64,000 nt of DNA, taken from NCBI GenBank assembly GCA_963810935.1, contig CAWEPK010000017.1:1-64000 (forward strand). Direction: 5' to 3'. The notes beneath the pieces are model-generated. The model was not told the DNA's origin, did no database searches, and saw only the letters and a list, made by a program, of their open reading frames with translations. This document shows, one piece after another, positions 29,712-40,440 of the stretch. Position numbers and translations under genes: made by a program. Every line of letters begins with the position of its first letter. The stretch's first letter is position 1. The DNA is from an uncultured delta proteobacterium (GTDB taxonomy: Bacteria > Desulfobacterota > Syntrophorhabdia > Syntrophorhabdales > WCHB1-27).

Positions 29712-30315
29712 GTATCTCCTTGTGGTCACGGATGACGATGCCTGTCGATATGGCCCGGTTCTTATAGGCCACGAAAGTGACGCCTGCGGACCTGGCCGTA
29801 TTCAGGTCGATCTCCGAATCGCCGATATATAACGTCTCTTCCGCCTTCACGCTGAACGCGCCCAGCACCTTTATGACCGACTCCGGGTCCGGCTTCGGCC
29901 TTGCGACGTCGAGGGCCGTGACTACCATGTCGAAGTAAGGCCTCAGCTTGAACCGCTCCATGATGTAGGGCATCGAGTTAGTCCTGTTCGTGCTTATTGC
30001 GGTCTTGACCCCTTTCGACTTGATCGTGGAAAGCGTTTCCATGAGGTGCGGCTCCATAATGAGGTAGGGGATGAAATCCAGGAAGTTTATCTTCTCTTTC
30101 CAGAACTTGACAGCCCTCGCCTCCCCTTCCGGGTCGTTCTCGAAGAGACAGTGGATGCTGTCGCCGACGGTGTTCATGTGGCAGTAAACCAGCTCCTCTT
30201 CGGTAAGGTGCCCCCTGTTGGAAGATACGGCTATGTGGTCGTAAAGCCTGCGGTTGGCTTCCAGCGAGTCGAAAAGCACGCCGTCGCAATCGTAAATGAT
30301 GCAATTAATCGGCAT
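29662..30315 (-). CDS. HAD-family hydrolase (phosphoglycolate phosphatase-like)
   Basis: IYDCDGVLFDS, STN, KPDP, YIGDS..D. Confidence 0.9.
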   Translation of the reverse strand: MPINCIIYDCDGVLFDSLEANRRLYDHIAVSSNRGHLTEEELVYCHMNTVGDSIHCLFENDPEGEARAVKFWKEKINFLDFIPYLIMEPHLMETLSTIKSKGVKTAISTNRTNSMPYIMERFKLRPYFDMVVTALDVARPKPDPESVIKVLGAFSVKAEETLYIGDSEIDLNTARSAGVTFVAYKNRAISTGIVIRDHKEILRFLGNEGPLPQQPAA

Positions 30316-30524
30316 AAATACTCCGTGTGAAAGAATAGTCCCCGGCCCACTGCCGGGACGTACTTCCTGCGGCGACAAGAGTTTAGCATAACGATACCCA
30401 CAATCAAGGGCAAAAGGGGATGCAGGCTCCCCCCCGACCGGAATGATGCCTTCCGTCGCATTTATTTGTGCTTGTGCGGGCCGGGTTATGCTACAATACG
30501 AACAACGATCATCAGGAGGGATGA

Positions 30525-30995
30525 ATGATAAACGTGCAAATCCCCGGCTGGGGGGAACTCGCCATCGAATACGTGATGCTCGATTTCAACGGCACCGCGG
30601 CGTTAGACGGCAAGCTCAAAAAAGATGTCAAGGACGTAATCGACAAGATATCGCGGTACGTTAAAGTCTTCATAATAACTGCCGACACCTATGAGACGGC
30701 CGACGCCGAGTTGAGCGCCTCCAGCGTCACATTCATCAAGGTGGGAAAGAGCGCCAGCGGAGAAGAGAAGGCAAAGGTCGTCAGGGAGCTGGGCCCCGAG
30801 AAGATAGTCGCCATCGGGAACGGCTCGAACGACGCCCAGATGCTGAAAGAAGCGGCCGTCGGCATAGCCGTCATGGGAGATGAGGGCTGCTCGACCGCCG
30901 TATTGAAAGAGGCCGACCTGATCGTCACCGACGTCATAAAAGCCCTAGGCCTGATCGTCCATCCGGAGCGGCTGGTCGCCACCCTGCGCGATTGA
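30525..30995 (+). CDS. HAD-family hydrolase (soluble P-type ATPase-like)
   Basis: LDFNGT, ITADT, AIGNG.ND..ML. Confidence 0.85.
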   Translation: MINVQIPGWGELAIEYVMLDFNGTAALDGKLKKDVKDVIDKISRYVKVFIITADTYETADAELSASSVTFIKVGKSASGEEKAKVVRELGPEKIVAIGNGSNDAQMLKEAAVGIAVMGDEGCSTAVLKEADLIVTDVIKALGLIVHPERLVATLRD

Positions 30996-31107
30996 CAAAA
31001 ATGCCCGAAGGCCGCAAGCGCCCGTTTCGGACGTCCGGCCTTCGGGAGCCTTTCCTTTTCGGGCCGTCACCCCTCGCACAAGCCCCCTTTGATAATTATA
31101 TTAGGAC

Positions 31108-31452
31108 ATGACCGGAGACGGACAACTCGAAGAGCGCTTCAATGACCTCCTCAAGCAGATAAAGAAGGCGTCCGAAGAGACGAGCCGCGAGTTCGAAGAA
31201 CGCATGCGCGAGGGAGAAGGCTCCATGGAGTCTTCATTCCGCGACGGCGAGACGGGCAGCTACGAGCTGGCCCTAGACTACCTCGACGAGGTGGCCAAAA
31301 AGAACAAGCCGCTTTCGTTGAACGGCGTAGAGGAAGCGTATGTGGGGCTTCTGCTCTCTTACAAAAGGATGAAGGGGAACGTCTCGGCACTGGGCGACGT
31401 GCTGCATCTGATGCAGACTGCGTTCGGGCTGGCGCCGAAGGAAGAGACGTAA
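31108..31452 (+). CDS. Hypothetical protein
   Basis: 114-aa ORF with host-like codon usage. Confidence 0.6.
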   Translation: MTGDGQLEERFNDLLKQIKKASEETSREFEERMREGEGSMESSFRDGETGSYELALDYLDEVAKKNKPLSLNGVEEAYVGLLLSYKRMKGNVSALGDVLHLMQTAFGLAPKEET

Positions 31453-31471
31453 GCTCCCGCCGGTTTCAACC

Positions 31472-32140
31472 TTACAGCAGGGGCGCTTCCATCACCTCGA
31501 CGGAAAACTGCTTCGGTTTCGACGTATAATTAGCGGGAAAAACTATAGAGAAAGGTATGGCCTTGCCCTTGACGACCACGAAGGCCGACAAGGCGGATAG
31601 CCGGAATTCGGCCACCTTCCTATCGATCTCCGAGGGAGTCAGGCCGCGGATATCGGCGGAGGACAAGGGAAGCCCGGCCAGTGCAAAGTGCTCGCCTATG
31701 ACCTTCCCGCTCTCGTCGAACAGCTTGGCCTTCAGGATCGCATATTTCCTCGTCTTGGTCGAGTTGTTCTGGATGACCCCCCTGACGAGGAAGACCTTTC
31801 CGCCGACGACCTCCGTCTCCTGTCCCTCAATATTCTTCAGGGCTAGCCACTTGTCCGAGGCGCCCAGGTAGTTCGACCAGTATAAATAGGCAAGCCCTGC
31901 CAGAACAACGAGCAGGGCTGCGACCGCAACGGCCAGGGGAGCCCCCTTTCGCTTCTTTCGCGCGGCCGGGCCCACGTCCGGAACGACCGTGAACTCGGGC
32001 AGGCCCTCATCCACGGCAACCGGCTGCTCGTAAGTGAAGACGTTGCCGCAGACCGAGCAGCGCATTTTCTGGTAAGGCGGTTTTATCCTGTCTTCGTCTA
32101 TGCGGTATTTTCTCTTGCAGGAAGGGCAGGTGATAATCAT
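31472..32140 (-). CDS. MJ0042-type zinc ribbon, TM segment and DUF3426-like domain
   Basis: MIITCPSC...MRCSVC, one TM helix, periplasmic domain. Confidence 0.85.
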   Translation of the reverse strand: MIITCPSCKRKYRIDEDRIKPPYQKMRCSVCGNVFTYEQPVAVDEGLPEFTVVPDVGPAARKKRKGAPLAVAVAALLVVLAGLAYLYWSNYLGASDKWLALKNIEGQETEVVGGKVFLVRGVIQNNSTKTRKYAILKAKLFDESGKVIGEHFALAGLPLSSADIRGLTPSEIDRKVAEFRLSALSAFVVVKGKAIPFSIVFPANYTSKPKQFSVEVMEAPLL

Positions 32141-32180
32141 ATTGCGTCCGGGAAGGGGGGCTTCACGCCCCCCCTACCCC

Positions 32181-33176
32181 TTATCTAGTCAACTTTTTCT
32201 TGAATTCGTCAATCAATTTCGGCACGACCTGGTTAATGTCACCTACGATCCCGTAAGAGGCGATCTTGAAAATAGGCGCCTCTGCGTCTTTATTGATGGC
32301 TACGATGCAGTCGGACGTCCTCATGCCTGCCAGGTGCTGGATGGCGCCCGAAATGCCGCAGGCGATGTAGATTTTCGGCTTCACTGTCTTGCCCGTCTGC
32401 CCGACCTGGTGCTCCTGGGGTATCCAGCCGGAGTCGACCGCAGCGCGCGATGCGCCAAGTGCGCCGCCCAGGGTATTGGCCAACTGCTGAAGGATGCCGA
32501 AGCCTTCAGGCTTGCCTACGCCCCTGCCGCCGGAAACGATGATGTCCGCCTCGACCAGGTTGACCGTCACTTCCGATTTGATGAACTCGAGGACCTTCGT
32601 CCGCAGGGTGTCCTCTGCGACCGCGACCGACTCCTTCACCACTTCGGCTGCCTTCGACGTGTCGCGCTCCGCCATTGCGAAGACCTTCGGCCTTACGGTG
32701 GCAAGCTGGGGCTTCGTCTTCGTGTTGATGACGCTTACCAGGTAGGCGCCGCCGAACGCGGCCCTGGTCATCTTGACTGCATTGCTCTCGCCGAGCTCCA
32801 GCCCGATGGCGTCCGACCCGAGACCTGTCTCAAGGGCGGCCGCGCAGACGGCTGAGAGGTCCGCGCCCTGCGTCGTCGCCCTGTAAAGGACTACGTCGGG
32901 GCTATATTTCTTCATCACCTCGGAGGCTGCCTTGCCGTAGGCCTCTCCCCTGAACGTCTTGAAGGGGGCCCCGTCAACTGCATAGACCTTCGACGCGCCG
33001 TAGTAGCCGGCCTCTTTGGCCATCTCGTCCGTGTTCTCGCCTATAACCAGGGCGCAGAGGTTCGAGCCCAAATCGCCCGCGAGCTTCTTGCCGATCCCGA
33101 AGAGCTCGAAAGCCATAGGCGTGAAAGCGCCGTCTTTATGCTCCACGTATACCCAAATATCTTTATGATCGCTCAT
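32181..33176 (-). CDS. etfA: Electron transfer flavoprotein alpha subunit
   Basis: [35 protein letters not shown]. Confidence 0.96.
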   Translation of the reverse strand: MSDHKDIWVYVEHKDGAFTPMAFELFGIGKKLAGDLGSNLCALVIGENTDEMAKEAGYYGASKVYAVDGAPFKTFRGEAYGKAASEVMKKYSPDVVLYRATTQGADLSAVCAAALETGLGSDAIGLELGESNAVKMTRAAFGGAYLVSVINTKTKPQLATVRPKVFAMAERDTSKAAEVVKESVAVAEDTLRTKVLEFIKSEVTVNLVEADIIVSGGRGVGKPEGFGILQQLANTLGGALGASRAAVDSGWIPQEHQVGQTGKTVKPKIYIACGISGAIQHLAGMRTSDCIVAINKDAEAPIFKIASYGIVGDINQVVPKLIDEFKKKLTR

Positions 33177-33187
33177 ACCAGCCTCCC

Positions 33188-33985
33188 TTATTTAATAACT
33201 TTGAGATCAAGGAGCTTCTCTACGAGGAGGGCCCCTACCTGATCCACGTCGCCGGCAAGCATCTCACCGGCCGCCCTCGGAGGGGGTGTAGTAAGCTCGA
33301 TCACTTTCATTGCGGCGCCTTCCGTACCTGCTTTTTCCTTCGCCGCGCCGATTTCGGCCGCATCCCAGACAGGTATCTGGACCTTGGCGGCCTTCCTGAT
33401 GCCCATGAGGTTCGGCAGTCTCGGCTCGTTGATGCCCTTGAGCACCGATACGACGGCGGGAAGCTGCGCCTCGATGACCTCTCTGCCGCCCTCGATATTG
33501 CGCTCGACCTTGATCTTCTTGCCCGCGGCGTCGATGTCGATGATCTTGCCGACAAAGCTGAGCTGAGAATATCCGAGCCGCGTTGCAAGCTCGGTAGCGA
33601 CGATGCCCGTGTTGCCGTCGGTCGCCTGTTTTCCGCACAGGACGAGGTCTGCATCGCCTATCTTCTCGATCGCTTTGGCGAGCACGTAGGACGTCCCCAG
33701 CGTGTCGGAGCCGGCCAGGGCAGGGTCGGTGATCTGGTGCACTTCATCTACGCCGAGGGCGAGGCTGTTCCTCAGCACGTCGGCGGCCTTCTCGGGGCCC
33801 ATCGATATCGCCACGATCTCGGCGTCATACTTCTCCTTCGTGAGAAGCGCTTCCTCCAGTGCAAACTCGTCGAAAGGATTTGTGACAGAATCCATATCCT
33901 CTCTCTTAAGGGTGCCCTTCTGGAGGTCCCATTTGACTTCGGCTTCTGTGTCAGGAACCTGTTTTATGCACACGACGATCTTCAC
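33188..33985 (-). CDS. etfB: Electron transfer flavoprotein beta subunit
   Basis: VCIKQVPDT, NPFDE.ALE, GSDT..T, GKQATDG.TG, NEPR.P. Confidence 0.96.
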   Translation of the reverse strand: MKIVVCIKQVPDTEAEVKWDLQKGTLKREDMDSVTNPFDEFALEEALLTKEKYDAEIVAISMGPEKAADVLRNSLALGVDEVHQITDPALAGSDTLGTSYVLAKAIEKIGDADLVLCGKQATDGNTGIVATELATRLGYSQLSFVGKIIDIDAAGKKIKVERNIEGGREVIEAQLPAVVSVLKGINEPRLPNLMGIRKAAKVQIPVWDAAEIGAAKEKAGTEGAAMKVIELTTPPPRAAGEMLAGDVDQVGALLVEKLLDLKVIK

Positions 33986-34007
33986 GGCATCCTCCTTTCG
34001 GATTTAA

Positions 34008-34790
34008 TTATTCACCACGATACGTGGGTTTTCGCTTCTCCAGGAAAGCCTTCATCCCTTCTTTCTGGTCGGCTGTGCCGAAGCAAAGGCCGAAAGCCTT
34101 CGCCTCCACGTCCAGGCCGGAATCGGTATCGAGGTAAAGGCTCTTGTTGATGCAAGACTTCGCGAGCCCGATCCCCACCGGCCCCGCGGCCAGCATTTTG
34201 CCGGCCAATTCCCGCACTGCCTCCGCCAACTGCCCGTCGGGCGTCACCTTATTGATGAGACCCATCACGTAGGCTTCCTGGGCGCTTATCACCTTGCCCG
34301 TGAAGATAAGCTCCTTGGCGTTCGCCAGGCCCGCGAGCTTGGCGGTCCGCTGCGTGCCGCCGAAGCCGGGGAGAATGCCCAGCGTAACTTCCGGGAACCC
34401 CATTTTCGCTTTTTCCGTTGCATAAATGATATCACAAGCGAGGGCAAGCTCAAAGCCCCCGCCCAAAGCGTAGCCGTTGACCGCCGCGATGACCGGCTTG
34501 TCCATCCTTTCCAAAAGCAGCATGGCCGCGTGCCCCTTCTCGGAGAAGACCGTCCCCTCCATGGGGCGCATGGGCTGCATCTCCGCGATGTCCGCCCCCG
34601 CGACGAACGCCTTGTCGCCTTCGCCGGTCACAACGACGACCCTTACGCCCGGGTCGGCGGCGAGCACACCAGCGGCTGCCGTAAGGTCGTCGAGCGTTGC
34701 CGAGTTGAGCGCGTTGAGCGCCTTCGGCCTGTTTATCTTGATTGTGCCTACGCCTCCGGCGACCTCCAGGATCAGGTTGTCGTAAGGCAT
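34008..34790 (-). CDS. crt: Enoyl-CoA hydratase (crotonase)
   Basis: NRPKALNALN, AFVAGADI, VNGYALGGG.E, PGFGGTQR. Confidence 0.9.
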   Translation of the reverse strand: MPYDNLILEVAGGVGTIKINRPKALNALNSATLDDLTAAAGVLAADPGVRVVVVTGEGDKAFVAGADIAEMQPMRPMEGTVFSEKGHAAMLLLERMDKPVIAAVNGYALGGGFELALACDIIYATEKAKMGFPEVTLGILPGFGGTQRTAKLAGLANAKELIFTGKVISAQEAYVMGLINKVTPDGQLAEAVRELAGKMLAAGPVGIGLAKSCINKSLYLDTDSGLDVEAKAFGLCFGTADQKEGMKAFLEKRKPTYRGE

Positions 34791-34791
34791 A

Positions 34792-36075
34792 TTACGCCTC
34801 CCTCTCCACTATCATGGCCATGCCCTGGCCGCCGCCGATGCACATGGTGGCGATGCCGTACTTGAGGCCGAGCCTGGGGAGCTGGTGCATAAGCGTTACG
34901 ACGAGCCGCGCGCCCGTGCAGCCGATGGGATGGCCTATCGAGATGCCGCCGCCGTGGATGTTCACCCGGTTCGTGTCGAGCTTCAGCTCCCTGATATTCG
35001 AGATCGCCTGCGAGGCGAAGGCCTCGTTGAGCTCGATCATGTCTATCTTGTCGGTAGTGAGACCGGCCTTTTTCAATGCCTTCTTGACTGCGGGAACCGG
35101 CCCGAGGCCCATATACTGCGGGTCCACGCCGCCTGCCGCCCAGGAGACTATCTTGCCGATAGGCTTGATGCCCAGCTCTTTCGCCTTGTCCCGCGACATT
35201 AAAACGACCGCCGCCGCCGCGTCGTTGAGGCCGGAGGCGTTGCCTGCCGTGACCGTGCCGCCCTTCTTGAAGGCGGTCCCGAGCTTGCCCATCTTCTCCA
35301 TCGAGGTGTCCATGGGCCGCTCGTCCACTTCGAAGACGATCGGGTCTCCCTTCTTCTGGGGCATGACCACGGGAATGATCTCAGGCTTGAGCCAGCCTTC
35401 CTTGATCGCCTTGCGCGCCCTCTGGTGGCTGACGAGGCCGAACATATCCTGCTCTTCGCGGCTGATGCCGTACTTCTCGGCAATGTTTTCGGCAGTCAGG
35501 CCCATATGGTAGCCGTAGAAGATCTCCCAGACACCGTCCATGACCATGAGGTCAACCGCCTCGGTGTTGAACATGCGGGCGCCCCACCGCAGGGATGGAA
35601 GGATAAAGGGGGCCTGGCTCATGTTTTCCATGCCGCCCGCCACGATTACCTCCGCGTCGCCGGTCATGATCGCCTGGGCGCCGCTCACTATCGACCGCAG
35701 CCCGGAAGCGCAGACCTTATTGACTGTAAAGGCGTTCGCCTCCTTCGGCACGCCGCCGAATATCGCGGCCTGGCGGGCGGTGTTCTGCCCCTGCCCCGCC
35801 TGGAGCACGTTGCCCATTATTACTTCGTCTATATCGACCTCTTTTAAAGAGGCGTCGAAGTCGTAATACTTGCCTTCGAGGTCCGTGTCGAGCTTCCCGC
35901 CGAAAATCTCAGGGGCGAATTCCTTGTCCTTCGTCCTGGACGGCTTGATCCCCGCCCGCTTGATCGCTTCCTTAATAACAAGCCCCCCCAGCTTGACTAC
36001 AGGCACGTCCTTGAGGCTTTGTCCGAACTGTCCGACGGCAGTCCTCGCGGCTGAAACTATGACCACGTCTCTCAT
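34792..36075 (-). CDS. Acetyl-CoA C-acetyltransferase (thiolase)
   Basis: NKVCASG, NEAFA, GHPIG.TG, CIGGGQG. Confidence 0.95.
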   Translation of the reverse strand: MRDVVIVSAARTAVGQFGQSLKDVPVVKLGGLVIKEAIKRAGIKPSRTKDKEFAPEIFGGKLDTDLEGKYYDFDASLKEVDIDEVIMGNVLQAGQGQNTARQAAIFGGVPKEANAFTVNKVCASGLRSIVSGAQAIMTGDAEVIVAGGMENMSQAPFILPSLRWGARMFNTEAVDLMVMDGVWEIFYGYHMGLTAENIAEKYGISREEQDMFGLVSHQRARKAIKEGWLKPEIIPVVMPQKKGDPIVFEVDERPMDTSMEKMGKLGTAFKKGGTVTAGNASGLNDAAAAVVLMSRDKAKELGIKPIGKIVSWAAGGVDPQYMGLGPVPAVKKALKKAGLTTDKIDMIELNEAFASQAISNIRELKLDTNRVNIHGGGISIGHPIGCTGARLVVTLMHQLPRLGLKYGIATMCIGGGQGMAMIVEREA

Positions 36076-36322
36076 ATATCACCTCTTCGGTTTTTGTTAG
36101 CAAAAAATTTCACATACTTTTAACGTAATCGGGAGCTTTTGTCAATTCTTTTGATACCCTCGGAAAGGGAGGCGGGGCAGCACGGACACCGCCCCTGCAA
36201 AACGCCCAATTGGGCTTGTCCCACAATAGAATAACGCTTTTGCCTGCATCGGATTAGAACAGCGTATGCGAGGAGCACTGTCGCCTCCACAAGCAGATAG
36301 AGGCTGTCTACCAGGAGGGATA

Positions 36323-36525
36323 ATGAAGGCATTGATCGGTATTTGCATCATTTCGGCTTTTTAGTCTGCTCTTGCGCAACGGACGAAGGCTACAACACAC
36401 AGAAGGGTGCGGTTATCGGGGCCATCTGCGGCGCGCTGGCCGGACAGCCCCTCGGGGGCCACACGGGCTCGACCTCATAGGCGCTGCCGCGGGCGCCCTT
36501 ACAGGAGCGGTGGTAGGGAACGCCC
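36323..36525 (+). pseudogene. Glycine-zipper lipoprotein remnant
   Basis: MKALIGICIIS../VCSCATDEGYNTQKGAVIGAICGALAGQ../IGAAAGALTGAVVGNA across frameshifts, then truncated. Confidence 0.6.
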
Positions 36526-36668
36526 CGCCCACAGGGCCTGGGTGCCGGTAAATCCACAAACCGGTCCGTAGAAGGGGTCAGCCCTTGAGGGCCTGTTGCC
36601 CAAACGACCCTTGTGATTCCCCGAGGCATTATAACATTTCCCGTCGGTGCTTGCTTCCTACAGTTTTC

Positions 36669-37374
36669 TCAAGGTTTATTGCGCCGTCGGGACTCTTGCT
36701 GAACAAGCTTGCCAGAAGGACGGCAAGAATCCCGGTGAGAAAAATGCCGTCGAACGTTCCTGCCCCTCCGATCGACGCAACGGGTGCGGCTAGGCCCGTA
36801 TCTTTCCGAGATTGAGTAAATCGGCCCCGACAAGTGTGCCCAGGCTTCCGGCAATGTACGCGAGCGAGGGAGCGTAACGGCGCGACAGGAGGATACCTAC
36901 CGCCGCAGCGACCAGCGGAGGAATGTACGTAGGTACCGCAATCCCAACCCCCTTGAGCGGCTCGGCGAGCATGTGCACAACCATGGCAACGATTGCCACG
37001 CCGAGGAGGCTTCGGCCCGGCATCTTGTTTTTCATCAGCAAGTACACAGAAAGGAAGGCGGGGATGATCGCGCCGCCGAGGTTAACGGCAATTATAGTTC
37101 CAGGCGGGCCTTTCACCTGTGGAATGACATGAAGCATTCCGTGAAAGCAGGCAAGCCCTGCCTGGCTGACCGGGCAGGGAGGAAGCTGCCATAAGGGAAT
37201 GTTGACATAGCTCCCAAAGAACGAGAGGGCGAGCAGAAGAAACATATGGCGTTGCCCCACCCCTATCCTGTGGAAGGCGTAGCGAAGGATCCCTATCTCC
37301 ACCATCGCCATCAGCACGACGAGGAAAATCGCAAACAGAACCAGGAAAGGAAATGCGACAGGGAAATAGTGCAC
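36669..37374 (-). CDS. DUF1614 membrane protein, frameshifted near 36797
   Basis: GSYVNIP, AVNLGGAIIP, GTLVGADLLNL, then SIGGAGTFDGIFLTGI in another frame. Confidence 0.8.
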
Positions 37375-37426
37375 GGGCCTACCTTAAAAAAGCCGACTCC
37401 ATCCTATCTATGGGGAGAAAACGCGA

Positions 37427-37828
37427 TCATAGCAGAACACAGTCTCCTTTGATCCATTTTATCTCCCATTTCTTTGCTTCAGGGTCCAACAGCACTTTGA
37501 AGCTCCATACGCCGTGAGGCGCGAGTCTGCTGTCGATGTCCTCCCCGTCGCCTATTCCGGAGCCGGACTTATCGTAGAAGTTTACATGAACTATTACGTC
37601 GCGGCATTGCTGGTTTGAGTCATTCCGGACGCTGCCTGCGGCGTATAGCAAATCTCCTCCGCCTTCGGAATGGCTTTCGACCAACTGTAAAAAACCCGGC
37701 GTGATATTTACGCTGCCCGCCTGTGTTCCGTCGTTATCTCTTTCAGCGGCTATGCAGTTAATAGCAAGGCATAAGAACATGAATATCATGCAAAAGGAAA
37801 GCGTATGCCAAACGATATGCTTTTTCAT
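37427..37828 (-). CDS. Exported FxLYD-domain protein
   Basis: Signal peptide; G.VRN.S, V.VNFYDK.G, L.P...WSF. Confidence 0.75.
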   Translation of the reverse strand: MKKHIVWHTLSFCMIFMFLCLAINCIAAERDNDGTQAGSVNITPGFLQLVESHSEGGGDLLYAAGSVRNDSNQQCRDVIVHVNFYDKSGSGIGDGEDIDSRLAPHGVWSFKVLLDPEAKKWEIKWIKGDCVLL

Positions 37829-38026
37829 ACGTTCACCCCTCCCGACTCGATATCATCGATGTGACTTTACAAAACGAATATATACCTCCCATGCCACGGC
37901 CGCAAAGAGATAGGAATGGGCCGGCCGCTGCCCTCGGTTTATTTCTGCTTCTCCCATATCGGGCGATTATATTGTGGGTGAATTCCGAAAGAAGGAACAA
38001 TTTACCGAATAAGGAGGAACGCAGAT

Positions 38027-38569
38027 ATGATGCCAAGATCGTTCGGTCTGGTGGTCATGGTTGCTGTCATAGGTTTCAGCTTGGCGGCTTGTGGGTGTTT
38101 TCAGCAGAAGATGAGGGGCGAGGCAGCGCCGCCCGCAGCGCCCGAGCAAAAAACAGTTGTCGCGCCTGAACAGAAGGAACGGATCGTTGTGAATGAAGAG
38201 GGGAAAGGGGCCGTCGCAAGAGCCGCGCTCGCCTCGGTTCTCCAGGACGTCTACTTCGATTTTGACAGGTACAACATAAGGCCGGGCGACGCCGAGACGC
38301 TCAAGGAGGACTACGCCTGGATACGGTTGAATACCGGCGGCAAGGTGAGGATCGAAGGGAATTGCGACGAGAGAGGGACCGTCGAGTACAACCTGGCCCT
38401 CGGTCAGAAGAGGGCGGACACCGCGAAGGCATTTCTAGTCAGCCTGGGTGCGGACACGAGCCGCCTGGATACTGTTAGCTATGGGAAAGAGAAGCCCGTG
38501 GACCAAGGACACAACGAAGAGGCGTGGGCGAAGAACAGAAGGGACCATTTCACACCCATCGGCCAATGA
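38027..38569 (+). CDS. pal: Peptidoglycan-associated lipoprotein (OmpA family)
   Basis: Lipobox LAAC; VYFDFD, IEGNCDERGT.EYNLALG.KRA, SYGKEKP, NRR. Confidence 0.9.
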   Translation: MMPRSFGLVVMVAVIGFSLAACGCFQQKMRGEAAPPAAPEQKTVVAPEQKERIVVNEEGKGAVARAALASVLQDVYFDFDRYNIRPGDAETLKEDYAWIRLNTGGKVRIEGNCDERGTVEYNLALGQKRADTAKAFLVSLGADTSRLDTVSYGKEKPVDQGHNEEAWAKNRRDHFTPIGQ

Positions 38570-39002
38570 GGCAGGGAAAGATAATGGGGGTTGTTTTCCA
38601 CGTCCGGCAAGATGGAAACCGCTACGGGCAAAGTCACCGCCATCGACCCGCAGGGAAAGGGGACCATCATCTCTGCGAAAATGGGCAATGAATCAATGGA
38701 CGTCGGAGAGCTGTAGTGGACAAAGATACAGTATTCAAGGCCGATGGTAAAAAGGGGGATACGACGGCGGGCGGGGCGCGGTCCAAAAGAAACCTCATAA
38801 CAGGGTCATCGAATGGAAACACTCATTTTTCAATCTTCACAACAAAGTGGGGAAATGCGCGCTCCTCGCCTGCCGCATCGGGTCGGAAGGTTTCGACAAA
38901 CTAGGCTATGTGTCGTTTTATTCTCGACAGTCTTGTCGATACGCCGGGCCTATATGAATAAGAAACATCCATGATATCATATTGTTCTATATCCTCTCCG
39001 AC

Positions 39003-39019
39003 TTGGCATGAATGTTGCT
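39003..39019 (+). promoter_or_regulatory. Sigma54 (-24/-12) promoter
   Basis: TTGGCATGAATGTTGCT fits GG-N10-GC, upstream of SD AAGGAGG and ATG 39051. Confidence 0.6.
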
Positions 39020-39050
39020 TGAAACCGTACTGTGCAAGGAGGGGCACAAT

Positions 39051-39353
39051 ATGAGAAAATGCTCCTCGACAAATAGCCTTTTCCGCCGAGCACCATTTTG
39101 TCTCGCCGTTATCCTTATTATGCTGCTCGCGCTGCTGCCCGCAAAAAAGCTTATAACCATCGAAACAGGCGGCCTGGAAAACCAATTTCAAGTGGCTCAG
39201 GACGCAAACGATCCGGCTGCCCTGGCGGGCTGCGTTTGCGGTCCACTCTTCTCCGAAGAGACTTCTTACCTTACCCCTGACGCAGCAGTCCCTTTCCATG
39301 AATCTTTGGTGGTCCACACCCATTCCTACCGAGGTCCGCCCGTTCTTTCCTGA
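39051..39353 (+). CDS. Small hypothetical membrane/exported protein ending in RGPP
   Basis: SD and sigma54 site upstream; hydrophobic segment; C-terminal YRGPPVLS. Confidence 0.5.
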   Translation: MRKCSSTNSLFRRAPFCLAVILIMLLALLPAKKLITIETGGLENQFQVAQDANDPAALAGCVCGPLFSEETSYLTPDAAVPFHESLVVHTHSYRGPPVLS

Positions 39354-39524
39354 TCCTTACATCGGTTCCGGTCCATTCTATACTCAATTCCCTTAGCACG
39401 TTTTTTATGCTTGGGCTCTTGGGGTTCAGAGAGACGAAGTATCGGATCTCTAAAAATATGAGGAGCGATCCATGGAAACAATGGTACAGATCAACCGCCG
39501 GAAAACCGCAGCGCCACAAGGGAG

Positions 39525-40088
39525 GTGGAAAGATGTTCCGCCGGCCACGAAATACCGGATGCACCCGGAGGTTACATGAGGCCGGGACCGCTGGACCTGA
39601 ACATTTGCATCAATCGTCTTGCCGGGCTGCTTTCGCCGTTCGAAAGGATCAGCCTTAGAACGGTCCTCGGGGGCAACGTGCTGCTCGTTATGGCAGACCC
39701 GGATCTGATGGCCGCTATGTTCTTCACCATCGTAGAATGCGCGGGCCGTCTTGCACCCGGTGGTACCGTCACGATCCACACCGCCTTGGCGCCTCTCCAA
39801 ACGGGACTGGTGTCGAAAGGAATGGGCAACGCCTGCGTACTCCTTTCATTCCATGCAGCAGCCAAGGGGGGGCGGAGGATACGCCTTAACTCCCCGGGAC
39901 ACGATAACGTCCTCCGTCCCCTTTCCACTGTCCGGGATATACTGGAGGCGCATCATGGCTGCGTCAGGATGCGCCTCCGCGCTACGGATATAACCTTCAA
40001 CGCCTACCTTCCGGCCTTGAGGCACATGCCGGTTCAGGCAGGCGGAGATAGCGAGGCCGTCTTTGACGTCCGAAAGGAGGGGCAATGA
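39525..40088 (+). CDS. Degenerate histidine-kinase ATPase-like protein
   Basis: LDLN, V.ADP, GGTVTI.T, LSTV.DI..AHHG, F..YLP; lacks intact N/G boxes. Confidence 0.5.
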   Translation: MERCSAGHEIPDAPGGYMRPGPLDLNICINRLAGLLSPFERISLRTVLGGNVLLVMADPDLMAAMFFTIVECAGRLAPGGTVTIHTALAPLQTGLVSKGMGNACVLLSFHAAAKGGRRIRLNSPGHDNVLRPLSTVRDILEAHHGCVRMRLRATDITFNAYLPALRHMPVQAGGDSEAVFDVRKEGQ

Positions 40089-40440
40089 GGGTTCCGATAA
40101 TAAGGGAGGGAGCGATTTCTATCGTCTTCGATGAGGATGACGTGAGGCAGACATGCCGGCTCCTCAAATGCAGGAAGCAAAGCGACGACTGCATAGCGCT
40201 TATGTCTAATAATGCCATGCAATGCGTGCCGTGTTACGCAACCCTGCGATTGTTGAACCGGCCTTTCAGGATGAGGATAAACAGGCATGCGGCCGAGCAT
40301 CGGAACTAACGGTAAAGGGAGGCGTTACATTAAGTCTATGGTTGTCAATGCGGGGCGTGTGATTGAAATCGACGGGTGGACTCAAGGCCGATGGCCTTGA
40401 GTAGGCGATATAACATTATGAAATTAAAAGGAGATGCCAT

